Positions 46,597-56,014 of a stretch of DNA of 64,000 bases are shown one piece after another (the first letter of the stretch is position 1; the number at the start of each line of letters is the position of its first letter). Location of the stretch: assembly GCA_965206355.1 (NCBI GenBank), contig OZ242212.1:2014814-2078813 (forward strand), read 5' to 3'. This DNA comes from Candidatus Spongiihabitans sp. Lineage in GTDB: Bacteria; Pseudomonadota; Gammaproteobacteria; Arenicellales; Poriferihabitantaceae. Under the pieces are notes generated by a model. The model was not told the DNA's origin. It saw only the letters and a list, made by a program, of their open reading frames with translations, and made no database searches. The position numbers and the translations under genes were made by a program.

Positions 46597-47835
46597 TCAA
46601 ATCCTGCGGAACACCAAGGTACCATTAGTCCCTCCGAATCCAAATGAATTACTCAGTGCAACTTCAATTTTATGCGTTCTAGCCTCACCCGGCACATAAT
46701 CGAGATCACATTCGGGATCTTGATCCAGCAGATTGATGGTTGGCGGAATCGCCTGTTCATAAATTGACATCACCGTCATTGCCGCTTCCACCCCCCCCGC
46801 CGCACCCAACAAATGCCCAATCATTGACTTGTTGGAACTAATTAGCAGTTTTTTCGCATGCGCACCAAAAGACCTTTTTACTGCCCGCGTTTCGATAACA
46901 TCACCCAGCGGTGTGGAAGTACCATGGGCGTTCAAATATTGAACCTGCGTGGCTTCGACTTTGGCATTACTCAGCGCGTTATTCATACATCTGGACGCAC
47001 CTTCACCATCCGGAGACGGGCTGGTTATATGATAAGCATCACCGCTCAGACCAAAACCGATTAGCTCTGCATAAATTCGTGCCCCACGTTTTTTGGCATG
47101 CTCATATTCTTCCAGCACCAAAACCCCAGCCCCTTCACCCATAACAAACCCGTCCCTACCCGTATCCCAAGGACGGCTTGCAGATTCGGGGTCATCGTTA
47201 CGGGAGCTCAATGCCCGCGCCGAGGCAAATCCTGCCAGCGCAGTCGGCGAGATGGGTGCTTCGGCACCGCCCGCAATCATAACATCGGCATCACCGTATT
47301 CAATCAATCGCCCAGCCTCACCAATAGCATGCGTACCGGTGCTACAGGCCGTTACCATAGACAGGTTTGGTCCCTGCAAACCATGTACAATGGATAGGTT
47401 ACCCGAAATCATATTGGTGATGGTCATAGGAATATAAAAGGGCGATATGCGGCGCGCACCCTTTTCCCGCAACAGCTCTGTAGTTGATTCAATGGTATTA
47501 ACCCCGCCAATACCCGAGCCGATATACGCCCCTACTCGTGGCGCATTGCTTGCGGTGATTACAAGTGCAGAATCCCTGATCGCCTCATTGCCACACGCCA
47601 GACCGATCTGCATAAACCGATCCATTTTTCGGGTAGTTTTCTCAGGAAAATGTTCGCCGAGTACAAAATTATCAACCTCGCCAGCAACAGAACATGGAAA
47701 CGAGGATGCGTCAAAATGGCTAATATGCGAAATACCGTTTTTGCCGTTCAACATCCCTTGCCAAGATGCCGTCAAACCAATACCAATAGGCGTGATTGCG
47801 CCCATACCCGTAACTACTACACGTCTATTATTCAT
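46597..47835 (-). CDS. fabF: 3-oxoacyl-ACP synthase II
   Basis: Starts RRVVVTGMGAITPIG, with active-site TACSTG, HGTSTPLGD and GHLLGAAG. The MNNRR start is preferred over the ORF start at 47859. Confidence 0.9.
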   Translation of the reverse strand: MNNRRVVVTGMGAITPIGIGLTASWQGMLNGKNGISHISHFDASSFPCSVAGEVDNFVLGEHFPEKTTRKMDRFMQIGLACGNEAIRDSALVITASNAPRVGAYIGSGIGGVNTIESTTELLREKGARRISPFYIPMTITNMISGNLSIVHGLQGPNLSMVTACSTGTHAIGEAGRLIEYGDADVMIAGGAEAPISPTALAGFASARALSSRNDDPESASRPWDTGRDGFVMGEGAGVLVLEEYEHAKKRGARIYAELIGFGLSGDAYHITSPSPDGEGASRCMNNALSNAKVEATQVQYLNAHGTSTPLGDVIETRAVKRSFGAHAKKLLISSNKSMIGHLLGAAGGVEAAMTVMSIYEQAIPPTINLLDQDPECDLDYVPGEARTHKIEVALSNSFGFGGTNGTLVFRRI

Positions 47836-47987
47836 TAAATATTCTACCTTTTTAAGCAAGCTGTATTATACAAGACAAAATTTTTAAGAACATCGGTTCA
47901 GCGTGATTTTTTCGTAGCCGGTTTTTGTTAGTGCAGGTGATGGACTCATACACCGTATTCCTAAACTTTCGCGGATAATGATATTAT

Positions 47988-48125
47988 GAGACCTTTGCAC
48001 GAAAGCCATTCACCTGCATGCTGCGTTAAAAACGTACTCAATCGGTCATTTATAAGCATAAACTCCCTCATTCCGTGCGTTTTTGCCTTACCTGAAAGCG
48101 AAATCATCTTCCGTGCAAAGGTCTC
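47988..48125 (+). mobile_element. MITE copy 7 (138 bp)
   Basis: Full termini are present. Perfect 5-bp duplication ATTAT (47983-47987 and 48126-48130). Confidence 0.85.
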
Positions 48126-48208
48126 ATTATTGACCATAAATCAGACATGATATAAATGTAGAGGCTATACCCTTAAAAGCCTTAAACAATAACGACTGTT
48201 GACACGCG

Positions 48209-48790
48209 ATGCTCAAAAACATTAATAAAAAACGAGTTCTGCAACTCGCCTTTTTTCATATCAGCATCATCGCACTGGCAAATTACACGGTACAGTTTTC
48301 TGCAACCTTTATAGGTTATTCTTTTACTTGGGCGATGTTCGTCTTTCCACTGGTTATTCTGGCGACCGATATGACCGTGCGCTTATCCAATAAGTCCAAT
48401 GCCCGTGTTATTGTCGGCATCGCCTACATTCCGGCAATATTGATTAGTGCATGGCTGGCGAATTGGCGGATTGGTCTTGCCAGCGGTAGCGCCTATCTGG
48501 TCGGGCAATTACTGGATATTACGGTTTTTCAACGAGTACGCGAGCGCACAATATCCTGGTGGCCAGCGCCACTACTATCCACTTTTTTCGCTAACATCAT
48601 AGACACTTATACCTTCTTTTTCGCCGCCTTTTACCAATCTGCCGATGAATTTATGGCAGCAAACTGGGTCGAAGTCGCAACTGTGGATTTAGCCTTCAAA
48701 GTGGTTGTCTCTATCGTGCTGTTCCTCCCCGCTTATGGTATTTTATTGAATTTTCTGCTTCGCAAAAGTGGTGCCGAGGTTAAAAATTAG
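48209..48790 (+). CDS. yhhQ: queuosine-precursor transporter (YhhQ/DUF165 family)
   Basis: 193-aa polytopic ORF. ANYTVQF, FTWAMFVFPLVILATDMTVR and YLVGQLLDITVFQRVR match my recollection of YhhQ. Confidence 0.75.
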   Translation: MLKNINKKRVLQLAFFHISIIALANYTVQFSATFIGYSFTWAMFVFPLVILATDMTVRLSNKSNARVIVGIAYIPAILISAWLANWRIGLASGSAYLVGQLLDITVFQRVRERTISWWPAPLLSTFFANIIDTYTFFFAAFYQSADEFMAANWVEVATVDLAFKVVVSIVLFLPAYGILLNFLLRKSGAEVKN

Positions 48791-48798
48791 ATCGTAAA

Positions 48799-48999
48799 TT
48801 ACGACAAATCTTCCGTTTTGCCGTCAACAGCGGGCCAGCGCACAAACGCAAATACCCAGAGCATGATGAGATTAACAACTGGGATAAATGCCAATATCCC
48901 CCACCATTTAGATAAGCCGGTTCTGCCTATAATTTTAAAATATGGGTAAACAAGCAAACACACAAATAAAGCAATCAATATTATTGACACAATGTCCAT
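48799..48999 (-). CDS. small two-helix membrane protein (hypothetical)
   Basis: 66-aa ORF with two clear hydrophobic helices. No motif recognised. Confidence 0.35.
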   Translation of the reverse strand: MDIVSIILIALFVCLLVYPYFKIIGRTGLSKWWGILAFIPVVNLIMLWVFAFVRWPAVDGKTEDLS

Positions 49000-49158
49000 C
49001 TTACACCTCGCGATTTCAATTTGGTGGTCGAGTATAGCATTATCAATTTCTTCGTTGTGTTTTTAAGGCAAAGACCAAACAAATGGGTTAGAATAGGCGT
49101 GGTCATATCAGCGATTCATGCGCTGATAACCGATAACTAATCTATAGCGTTAAAACGT

Positions 49159-49515
49159 ATGCTGACCAATTATGTTCCGATTTTACTGTTCATCCTGATG
49201 GGCTTGGGTCTGGGTGCCGTGGCAATCGCTGTGGGTAAGGTGCTTGCTCCCAATAACCCTGACGACCAAAAACTCTCACCCTATGAATGTGGGTTTGAGG
49301 CTTTTGAGGATTCCAGAATGAAGTTTGATGTACGTTATTATCTGGTCGCGATTCTGTTTATTATTTTTGATCTTGAAATTGCGTTTCTATTTCCATGGGC
49401 GATTGTGTTGGATGAGATAGGTGTTTTCGGGTTTTGGGCAATGATGTTATTTCTTGGCATTTTGGTTATCGGCTTCATCTACGAGTGGAAAAAAGGCGCG
49501 TTGGAATGGGAGTAA
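49159..49515 (+). CDS. nuoA: NADH-quinone oxidoreductase subunit A
   Basis: [43 protein letters not shown]. Confidence 0.95.
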   Translation: MLTNYVPILLFILMGLGLGAVAIAVGKVLAPNNPDDQKLSPYECGFEAFEDSRMKFDVRYYLVAILFIIFDLEIAFLFPWAIVLDEIGVFGFWAMMLFLGILVIGFIYEWKKGALEWE

Positions 49516-49521
49516 GTCAAT

Positions 49522-49998
49522 ATGGCTCTTGAAGGCAAGTTGTCGGCAGGTTTTGCTACGGCAAAACTTGATGACCTGATAAACTGGGCGCGTACCGGCT
49601 CAATGTGGCCGATGACCTTTGGTCTCGCCTGTTGTGCGGTGGAAATGATGCAAGCGGGAGCTGCACGTTATGACCTTGATCGTTTTGGCATTATATTTCG
49701 TCCCAGCCCCAGACAATCCGATGTTATGATTGTTGCTGGCACGCTGACCAATAAAATGGCACCGGCTTTACGCAAGGTTTACGATCAGATGGCAGAACCG
49801 CGTTGGGTCATTTCTATGGGTTCGTGTGCCAACGGGGGTGGCTACTACCATTATTCCTATTCCGTAGTACGCGGTTGCGATCGCATTGTGCCTGTGGATG
49901 TTTATGTACCCGGTTGCCCACCAACCGCGGAAGCCCTTATTTATGGTATTTTACAGTTGCAGAAGAAAATAAAGAAAACCAATACCATTGCCCGATAG
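49522..49998 (+). CDS. nuoB: NADH-quinone oxidoreductase subunit B
   Basis: [26 protein letters not shown] and PGCPP (N2 cluster ligands). Confidence 0.95.
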   Translation: MALEGKLSAGFATAKLDDLINWARTGSMWPMTFGLACCAVEMMQAGAARYDLDRFGIIFRPSPRQSDVMIVAGTLTNKMAPALRKVYDQMAEPRWVISMGSCANGGGYYHYSYSVVRGCDRIVPVDVYVPGCPPTAEALIYGILQLQKKIKKTNTIAR

Positions 49999-50075
49999 TC
50001 GCCATTTAATGCGCAGCAGATAACCCACTAACCGCCGTCTGCACCGCTATCAATACCTGTGCCCTACTTACAAAT

Positions 50076-50837
50076 ATGGCTACAACATGCCCACAATATA
50101 TCCGCGAGATGAATGAGTTACGATTAAGAGAAGCCTTGCCCACCCTGTTGGGCGATGTGCTGTTGTCTGATCGGCTGGAGTTTGGCGAACTGACCTGCGA
50201 AATAAAATATCAGGACATCAAAAGCGTCTGTCAAACACTGCGCGATCACCCCGACACCCAATTTGATCAGCTTATTGATTTGTGTGGCATAGATTATTCC
50301 ACCTATGCTGTCGAGGACAATACCCACGCTCATCAAAGCAGCAGTCATAAAGGTTCAATCCAAACAGAAGCAGACCAGACAGAAACAGATCAGACAAAAG
50401 CAAACCATAAAAAGGCAAAGAACCATAGTCGCTATGCGGTGGTGTATCATCTGCTGTCATTAAACCACAATTTCCGCCTGCGCTTACGCACCACATTGGA
50501 CGCTGAAAAATCAGGGGGGCAGCCAAGTACCGAATCGGTCATTGATATTTGGGCAACTGCAAATTGGTTTGAACGAGAAGCCTTTGACTTGCTGGGCATT
50601 ATGTTCACTGGACACCCCGATCTGCGGCGTTTGCTGACCGACTACGGTTTCATTGGTCATCCGTTTCGCAAGGATTTCCCCTTATTCGGTCAGGTTGAAA
50701 TGCGTTACGATGAGGAACAAGGTCGGGTCATTTATCAACCCGTGACCATAGAGGAGCGAATATTGACACCCCGAACCATCAGAAAAGACAGTTTTGTCAA
50801 GACTGCCCATAATGGCGCGGATGAGGCATCAAAATAA
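50076..50837 (+). CDS. nuoC: NADH-quinone oxidoreductase subunit C (with a low-complexity insertion)
   Basis: [41 protein letters not shown], plus an inserted His/Gln/Thr/Asp/Lys-rich segment. Confidence 0.9.
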   Translation: MATTCPQYIREMNELRLREALPTLLGDVLLSDRLEFGELTCEIKYQDIKSVCQTLRDHPDTQFDQLIDLCGIDYSTYAVEDNTHAHQSSSHKGSIQTEADQTETDQTKANHKKAKNHSRYAVVYHLLSLNHNFRLRLRTTLDAEKSGGQPSTESVIDIWATANWFEREAFDLLGIMFTGHPDLRRLLTDYGFIGHPFRKDFPLFGQVEMRYDEEQGRVIYQPVTIEERILTPRTIRKDSFVKTAHNGADEASK

Positions 50838-52090
50838 TGGCAGAAATCAGAAACTATACGATGAATTTTGGGCCGCAGCACCCGGCTGCCCACGGTGTCC
50901 TGCGGGTTATTATGGAAATGGACGGAGAGGTTATTGAACGTTGCGACCCGCACATCGGGCTACTCCATCGCGCCACCGAAAAACTCGCCGAGTCCAAGCC
51001 CTATAACCAGAGCATCGGCTATATGGATCGGCTTGATTATGTGTCAATGATGTGCAATGAACACGCCTATGTGTTAGCCATTGAAAAAATGCTGGGGGTA
51101 ACGCCGCCCATTCGAGCGCAGTATATCCGCGTCCTATTTGATGAAATTACCCGTATCCTCAATCACTGTTTATGGCTTGGGGCACATGCGTTGGATGTCG
51201 GGGCAATGACGGTATTTTTATATTGTTTCCGCGAACGTGAAGATTTGATGGATTGTTATGAGGCGGTTTCTGGTGCGCGTATGCACGCGACTTATTATCG
51301 TCCGGGTGGTGTCTATCGGGATCTACCCGGGCAAATGCCGAAATATGCACCAACGCAACGTCATTCCGATGAACAAACCAAAGCACGCAATGCCGACCGC
51401 GAAGGTTCCTTACTCGATTTCATTGAAGCCTTTAGCACGCGATTTCCGCACTATGTTGACGAATATGAAACATTGTTAAGCGACAATCGTATCTGGAAAC
51501 AACGTACTGTTGATATTGGCATTGTCAGCCCGGAACGTGCTAAGGCACTGGGTTTTACCGGGCCGATGTTGCGCGGTTCTGGTGTTGAATGGGATTTGCG
51601 GAAAAAACAACCGTATGAAGTTTACGCACAGATGGATTTTGATATTCCGGTCGGCAACAACGGCGACTGTTATGATCGCTATCTGGTTCGTGTGGAAGAG
51701 ATGCGACAATCGAACCGGATTATAAAACAATGTGTGGACTGGTTACGCAAAAATCCGGGAGCGGTTATTGTTGATGACCATAAGTTGATTCCACCGTCCC
51801 GAGAAAATATGAAAGGCGATATGGAATCGCTGATTCACCATTTCAAATTGTTTACCGAAGGCTATTGTGTGCCCGCGGGAGAGGCTTATGCCGCCATTGA
51901 ACACCCGAAAGGTGAGTTCGGTATTTATCTGCTTTCCGATGGTAGCAACAAACCTTATCGGCTAAAAATTCGGGCCCCGGGCTTTCCGCATTTGGCCGCA
52001 TTGCATGAAATGTCGCAGGGGCATATGCTAGCGGATATGGTGGCCATCATCGGTTCTCAGGATATTGTTTTCGGGGAGATCGACCGCTGA
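50837..52090 (+). CDS. nuoD: NADH-quinone oxidoreductase subunit D
   Basis: [15 protein letters not shown] and a C-terminus ..[14 protein letters not shown]. Confidence 0.95.
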   Translation: MAEIRNYTMNFGPQHPAAHGVLRVIMEMDGEVIERCDPHIGLLHRATEKLAESKPYNQSIGYMDRLDYVSMMCNEHAYVLAIEKMLGVTPPIRAQYIRVLFDEITRILNHCLWLGAHALDVGAMTVFLYCFREREDLMDCYEAVSGARMHATYYRPGGVYRDLPGQMPKYAPTQRHSDEQTKARNADREGSLLDFIEAFSTRFPHYVDEYETLLSDNRIWKQRTVDIGIVSPERAKALGFTGPMLRGSGVEWDLRKKQPYEVYAQMDFDIPVGNNGDCYDRYLVRVEEMRQSNRIIKQCVDWLRKNPGAVIVDDHKLIPPSRENMKGDMESLIHHFKLFTEGYCVPAGEAYAAIEHPKGEFGIYLLSDGSNKPYRLKIRAPGFPHLAALHEMSQGHMLADMVAIIGSQDIVFGEIDR

Positions 52091-52557
52091 TGCTCTCCGA
52101 CGCATCTCTCGCGGCGATCGAACGGGAACTCGCCAAATACCCCGAAGACCGGCGCCAGTCGGCATTGATGGCGGCGCTGCGCATCGCTCAGGATGAACAT
52201 AACTGGTTGAGTGATGCGCTTATTGAATATGTTGCCGAGGTCATTCAGGTGGCACCGATTCGTGCTTATGAAGTCGCCACATTTTATTCGATGTATGAAC
52301 TAAAACCGGTCGGCAAACATAAAATCAATGTCTGCACCAATATTTCCTGTCTGTTGCGTGGTTGTGATGAGGTGGTCAGCCATTTACAGCATAAATTGGG
52401 TATCGGTTTTGGTGAAACAACTGCAGACGGTAAGTTTACGCTGAAAGAAGTAGAATGTCTGGCCGCCTGCGCGGGTGCGCCGATGATGCAGGTTGACCAC
52501 GACTACCACGAAAACCTCACCCCCGCGCGCATTGACGAGATTTTGGACGGGGTTTGA
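52090..52557 (+). CDS. nuoE: NADH-quinone oxidoreductase subunit E
   Basis: 2Fe-2S ligand pattern VCTNISCLLRGC ... ECLAACAGAPMMQVD. Confidence 0.95.
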   Translation: MLSDASLAAIERELAKYPEDRRQSALMAALRIAQDEHNWLSDALIEYVAEVIQVAPIRAYEVATFYSMYELKPVGKHKINVCTNISCLLRGCDEVVSHLQHKLGIGFGETTADGKFTLKEVECLAACAGAPMMQVDHDYHENLTPARIDEILDGV

Positions 52558-52613
52558 TTCGAGCAAGTATTTACAAGTATCAAATGCATTCCAACAGCCT
52601 ACGAAACTAAAAA

Positions 52614-53756
52614 ATGTCGACTGACAATAGCGCAGTATTTACGGCAATCCACACGGAATTGCTTGATGAGTACCAGCAAAACCACAACCATCCATGGGTT
52701 GTTGGTTATTCCGGCGGCAAAGATAGCACGCTGGTAGCACACCTGGTGTTCGAGATGTTATTATCCCTGCCACCAAGTATGCGAACGCGGCATGTACACA
52801 TAGTGTCCAATGACACATTGGTTGAAAGCCCGTTGGTTATTCGCCACACCACCAAAAGTTTGCGTGAAATCGGTACAGCAGCAACAGTATTTCGGTTACC
52901 TGTCAAAACCCATATGACACGCCCGGATGCCAATCAGTCTTTTTGGGTAAATTTGATTGGGCGAGGATATCCATCACCAAACCGATCATTCCGATGGTGC
53001 ACTGACCGTATGAAAATTCAACCCACCAGCCGATATATCAAAGAGCGCATCAATGTCTCCGGTGAAGTGATACTGCTGTTGGGCGTACGACGCTCCGAAA
53101 GTGCGTCTCGCAGCAGGTCGGTGGCGCGCTACGATAATGGTGGGCGACTTAATCCACATGGTGATCTGGCCAAATGCATGGTATTTCGTCCCATCGTTGA
53201 TCTTTCGACCGATGAGGTATGGGAGTACTTGGCGAACAACGATTCACCGTGGGGCGGTTCGCATGCTAATTTAATCAAACTATACCGCGACGCTGGCGGC
53301 GGCGAGTGCCCGGTGGTCACGCAAAAATCGGACACCCCTTCATGCGGGACACGGTCATCGCGATTTGGTTGCTGGACATGCACGGTGGTGGATAAAGATC
53401 GCAGCCTTGCGGGGTTCGTAGAAGCCGGGTTTGGTGAGTTTGAACCGCTTATGGATTTTCGCGATTGGCTGGTGTCTATTCGCAACGATCCGAACAGGCG
53501 ACAAGCCCGCAGGCGAAACGGGCGCATTACAATGACCCGAGATGGTACTTTTGTGCCGGGCCCCTTTACAATCCAAGCCCGGTCTGAAATTATGGGGCGC
53601 CTGCAAGCATTACAAACCGAAACCAATCAAACATTGATTAGCGATGATGAAATTGATGCCATCCATAAAATTTGGGTCGAGGATATCGTTCGATCAACCG
53701 ACACACAGCCCATGCAAGTGTGTGTAATCAACAAGAGAAAAACAAATGTCGCATAA
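52614..53756 (+). CDS. dndC: DndC-like PAPS-reductase/PP-loop ATP pyrophosphatase (DNA sulfur-modification type)
   Basis: 380-aa ORF with PP-loop VVGYSGGKDSTL, RWCTDRMKIQP, and cysteine cluster GECPVVTQKSDTPSCGTRSSRFGCWTCT typical of DndC. It is shorter than the DndC proteins I recall. Confidence 0.75.
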   Translation: MSTDNSAVFTAIHTELLDEYQQNHNHPWVVGYSGGKDSTLVAHLVFEMLLSLPPSMRTRHVHIVSNDTLVESPLVIRHTTKSLREIGTAATVFRLPVKTHMTRPDANQSFWVNLIGRGYPSPNRSFRWCTDRMKIQPTSRYIKERINVSGEVILLLGVRRSESASRSRSVARYDNGGRLNPHGDLAKCMVFRPIVDLSTDEVWEYLANNDSPWGGSHANLIKLYRDAGGGECPVVTQKSDTPSCGTRSSRFGCWTCTVVDKDRSLAGFVEAGFGEFEPLMDFRDWLVSIRNDPNRRQARRRNGRITMTRDGTFVPGPFTIQARSEIMGRLQALQTETNQTLISDDEIDAIHKIWVEDIVRSTDTQPMQVCVINKRKTNVA

Positions 53757-53943
53757 TCACATCGTGCTGTTGAATAATCCGGAAAGCCGCGAAATGGTCG
53801 AGAGATTGTGCGCAGAACATGGGTTTGAATTTACGGTGTTTGAGGAGTTGATTGAGGCCGAGATGAAGCAAATCGGCAAACTAAAAAAGCATGGACTGTG
53901 GTTAGATTTTGACGAGATACTTGACCGTATTGAAATAGAATAA
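53746..53943 (+). CDS. 65-aa acidic hypothetical protein, translationally coupled to the DndC-like gene
   Basis: The ATG overlaps the upstream stop by 11 nt (ATGTCGCATAA). The frame is closed 18 nt upstream (TAA at 53725-53727), so it is not a frameshifted DndC C-terminus. No motif recognised. Confidence 0.5.
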   Translation: MSHNHIVLLNNPESREMVERLCAEHGFEFTVFEELIEAEMKQIGKLKKHGLWLDFDEILDRIEIE

Positions 53944-53950
53944 TGCTGCC

Positions 53951-56014
53951 ATGTATATTCGCCGAATAGAACTAAATAACTGGAAAGCATACCAATCTGC
54001 TGTTTTTGAATTTCCAGCACCCTCCGACAATCAAAATATTGTTTTGATTGGGGCACGCAATGGTTATGGGAAGACCAGTTTGTTTCAAGCAATTTTACTT
54101 GGCATGTATGGCAAGGACGGCTTTGATTTGATAAAACGATCGCTGTTGTCTGGCAGGGATGGACAATACAGTTCGTACTCCAACTTTCTCAAAAGTGTTT
54201 TGCATAAAAATGCCATTGGTGAAGGGGCGAGATCATGTGCGATTAAAATTAAATTTGTTAATGGCAGCCAAACTCCGATAGAGATTGACAGGCGTTGGTA
54301 TTTTAGTTCTGCGGGTGTTCATCTTGCGAAAGACGATCAGGTGGACATATTCGAATCCGATAACCGTACCCCAGTGGGACCAGCGAATAAAAATGAAGAT
54401 CCTATCGTTTGGAAGCGTAATTATATCGAACGCGCTCTGCTTCCTCCTAATCTGTCGTCATTCTTTTTGTTTGATGGTGAAAAAGCAAGCATTTTTGCTG
54501 ACCACGATATGGCAGTACAAGTCAAAATGGGGATCACTGGATTGCTTGGCATCCCCATCATTCAAGAACTAGCGGAAGATTTACGATCATATGTAATCGC
54601 TCGTAAGCCGAAAGCCCCGAATGTGTCAGACGATACTATTGCGGAGTCAGAAAATACTCGCACCCAACTAAAAAAACAGTTGGACCAACAAGAAAAGCTT
54701 TGGAATGATGCCCAATGTGAATTAACACAACTCAAACACGACAGAGACAGTATTTTGCAAGAACTTATGTCCTTTGGTGTTGACTCACAAACGAACATCC
54801 GCCAAAAAACAGAACAACTTTCTAAGTTGGAAAATGAAATAGCCAATAAAGAAGAACAACTATCCAATTTGCTCGCCACCGACATAGCGCTTGCATTAGC
54901 GGGAAGGAGCTTGCGGAAAAATCTGGCTACGCGACTAAAAAGCGAAAGCACGCTCAACAAATGGGAAGCCGGCAAACAACAAGGAGATAGCCGGATAGAT
55001 GCTTTCATTGACGCGCTGAGCAAAGGAATGACTGAAATTGCGCCGCCTATCTATGCTAGTCAGCGCACACGTATTTTGGAAATCGCCCGCGCAGCATGGG
55101 AGAAATTGTGGTTTCCTCCGCCTGAAAATTGCGCTCGTGACTATTTGCATCCCTATTTAACTGAAGGGGAACGGGGAACGGTCACACAACACTTGGAAAA
55201 ATTAAATACGGTTAGCGCACCGCAGATCATATCATTGCTCGCGTCTATCAAGTCCGCCGGAATAAAACAGAAGGAGTTGAGGGCTGAAGTCAACCGTCTT
55301 GCCGCAATAGAACCTCATTTACAAGAAAAGCGAAATCTGCTGACTCCTCTGAACAAGAATATCGACGCTCTGAATCAACAAATTGGAGAAATACGTCGTA
55401 AAAAAACCTCATTGGACGCAAAAATTAACAGCAAGAATGAGGAGTTGGGTCGACTCTACACAAAAAAAGACAGTGCAAAGCCGCATGCTCGGAGAAATTA
55501 TCGTGCTACTAAAGTAGCAAACATGATCGATGCAATTGTGAACGATGCTGTGCCCAGTCAGATAAATGCGATCGCCGGAGCAATGACAAGCGCGTATAAG
55601 GATATTGCACACAAAGGACTTGTGGAAAAAATTGATATTGATGACCAATGCGGTGTCAAATTGCTGAATGGAGATGGGGAGGATGTACGCGATCTTGATA
55701 CATCAGCTGGTGAGAAACAAATATTCACTCAAGCGTTAATTTCTGCGATTTCGGCGGTATCGGGTCGTGCCTTCCCGATGGTCATAGACACGCCGCTTGG
55801 CAGACTAGATAAACGGCACCGAGTGGGCGTCCTACGACATTTGGTAAAACCACACAGACAAGTGATACTGCTGTCTACTGACACCGAAGTAGTCCAGGAG
55901 TACTTGTGTGCAATTGAATCACAAATTCAGAAAAAGTACTTGATTAACCACGATGTTGTGACTGGTACATCAACCGCAACGGTCGGGTATTTTGACTCGG
56001 AGGTGACGGAATGA
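53951..56014 (+). CDS. dndD: DndD-like SMC/ABC-type ATPase
   Basis: 687-aa ORF with Walker A at the extreme N-terminus (LIGARNGYGKTSLFQAI), a long central coiled coil, signature SAGEKQ and Walker B/D-loop PMVIDTPLGRLD. Confidence 0.75.
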   Translation: MYIRRIELNNWKAYQSAVFEFPAPSDNQNIVLIGARNGYGKTSLFQAILLGMYGKDGFDLIKRSLLSGRDGQYSSYSNFLKSVLHKNAIGEGARSCAIKIKFVNGSQTPIEIDRRWYFSSAGVHLAKDDQVDIFESDNRTPVGPANKNEDPIVWKRNYIERALLPPNLSSFFLFDGEKASIFADHDMAVQVKMGITGLLGIPIIQELAEDLRSYVIARKPKAPNVSDDTIAESENTRTQLKKQLDQQEKLWNDAQCELTQLKHDRDSILQELMSFGVDSQTNIRQKTEQLSKLENEIANKEEQLSNLLATDIALALAGRSLRKNLATRLKSESTLNKWEAGKQQGDSRIDAFIDALSKGMTEIAPPIYASQRTRILEIARAAWEKLWFPPPENCARDYLHPYLTEGERGTVTQHLEKLNTVSAPQIISLLASIKSAGIKQKELRAEVNRLAAIEPHLQEKRNLLTPLNKNIDALNQQIGEIRRKKTSLDAKINSKNEELGRLYTKKDSAKPHARRNYRATKVANMIDAIVNDAVPSQINAIAGAMTSAYKDIAHKGLVEKIDIDDQCGVKLLNGDGEDVRDLDTSAGEKQIFTQALISAISAVSGRAFPMVIDTPLGRLDKRHRVGVLRHLVKPHRQVILLSTDTEVVQEYLCAIESQIQKKYLINHDVVTGTSTATVGYFDSEVTE

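Noticed and set aside
38897-48125. Homologous recombination between the two inverted MITE copies as the mechanism of the acpP/fabF inversion
   Set aside because: A recombinant copy should have mismatched flanks, but the copy at 47988 has a perfect ATTAT/ATTAT duplication. The flanks of the copy at 38897 (ACAGT/AGTAG) are not the reverse complement of ATTAT either. The inversion itself remains plausible, but not via this pair.
53757-54092. 111-aa minus-strand ORF, and other antisense ORFs inside the Dnd-like cassette (53129-53626, 54562-55023, 56115-56456, 57258-57638)
   Set aside because: All lie antisense to longer ORFs that carry clear motifs, and none has a recognisable motif or an independent intergenic position.
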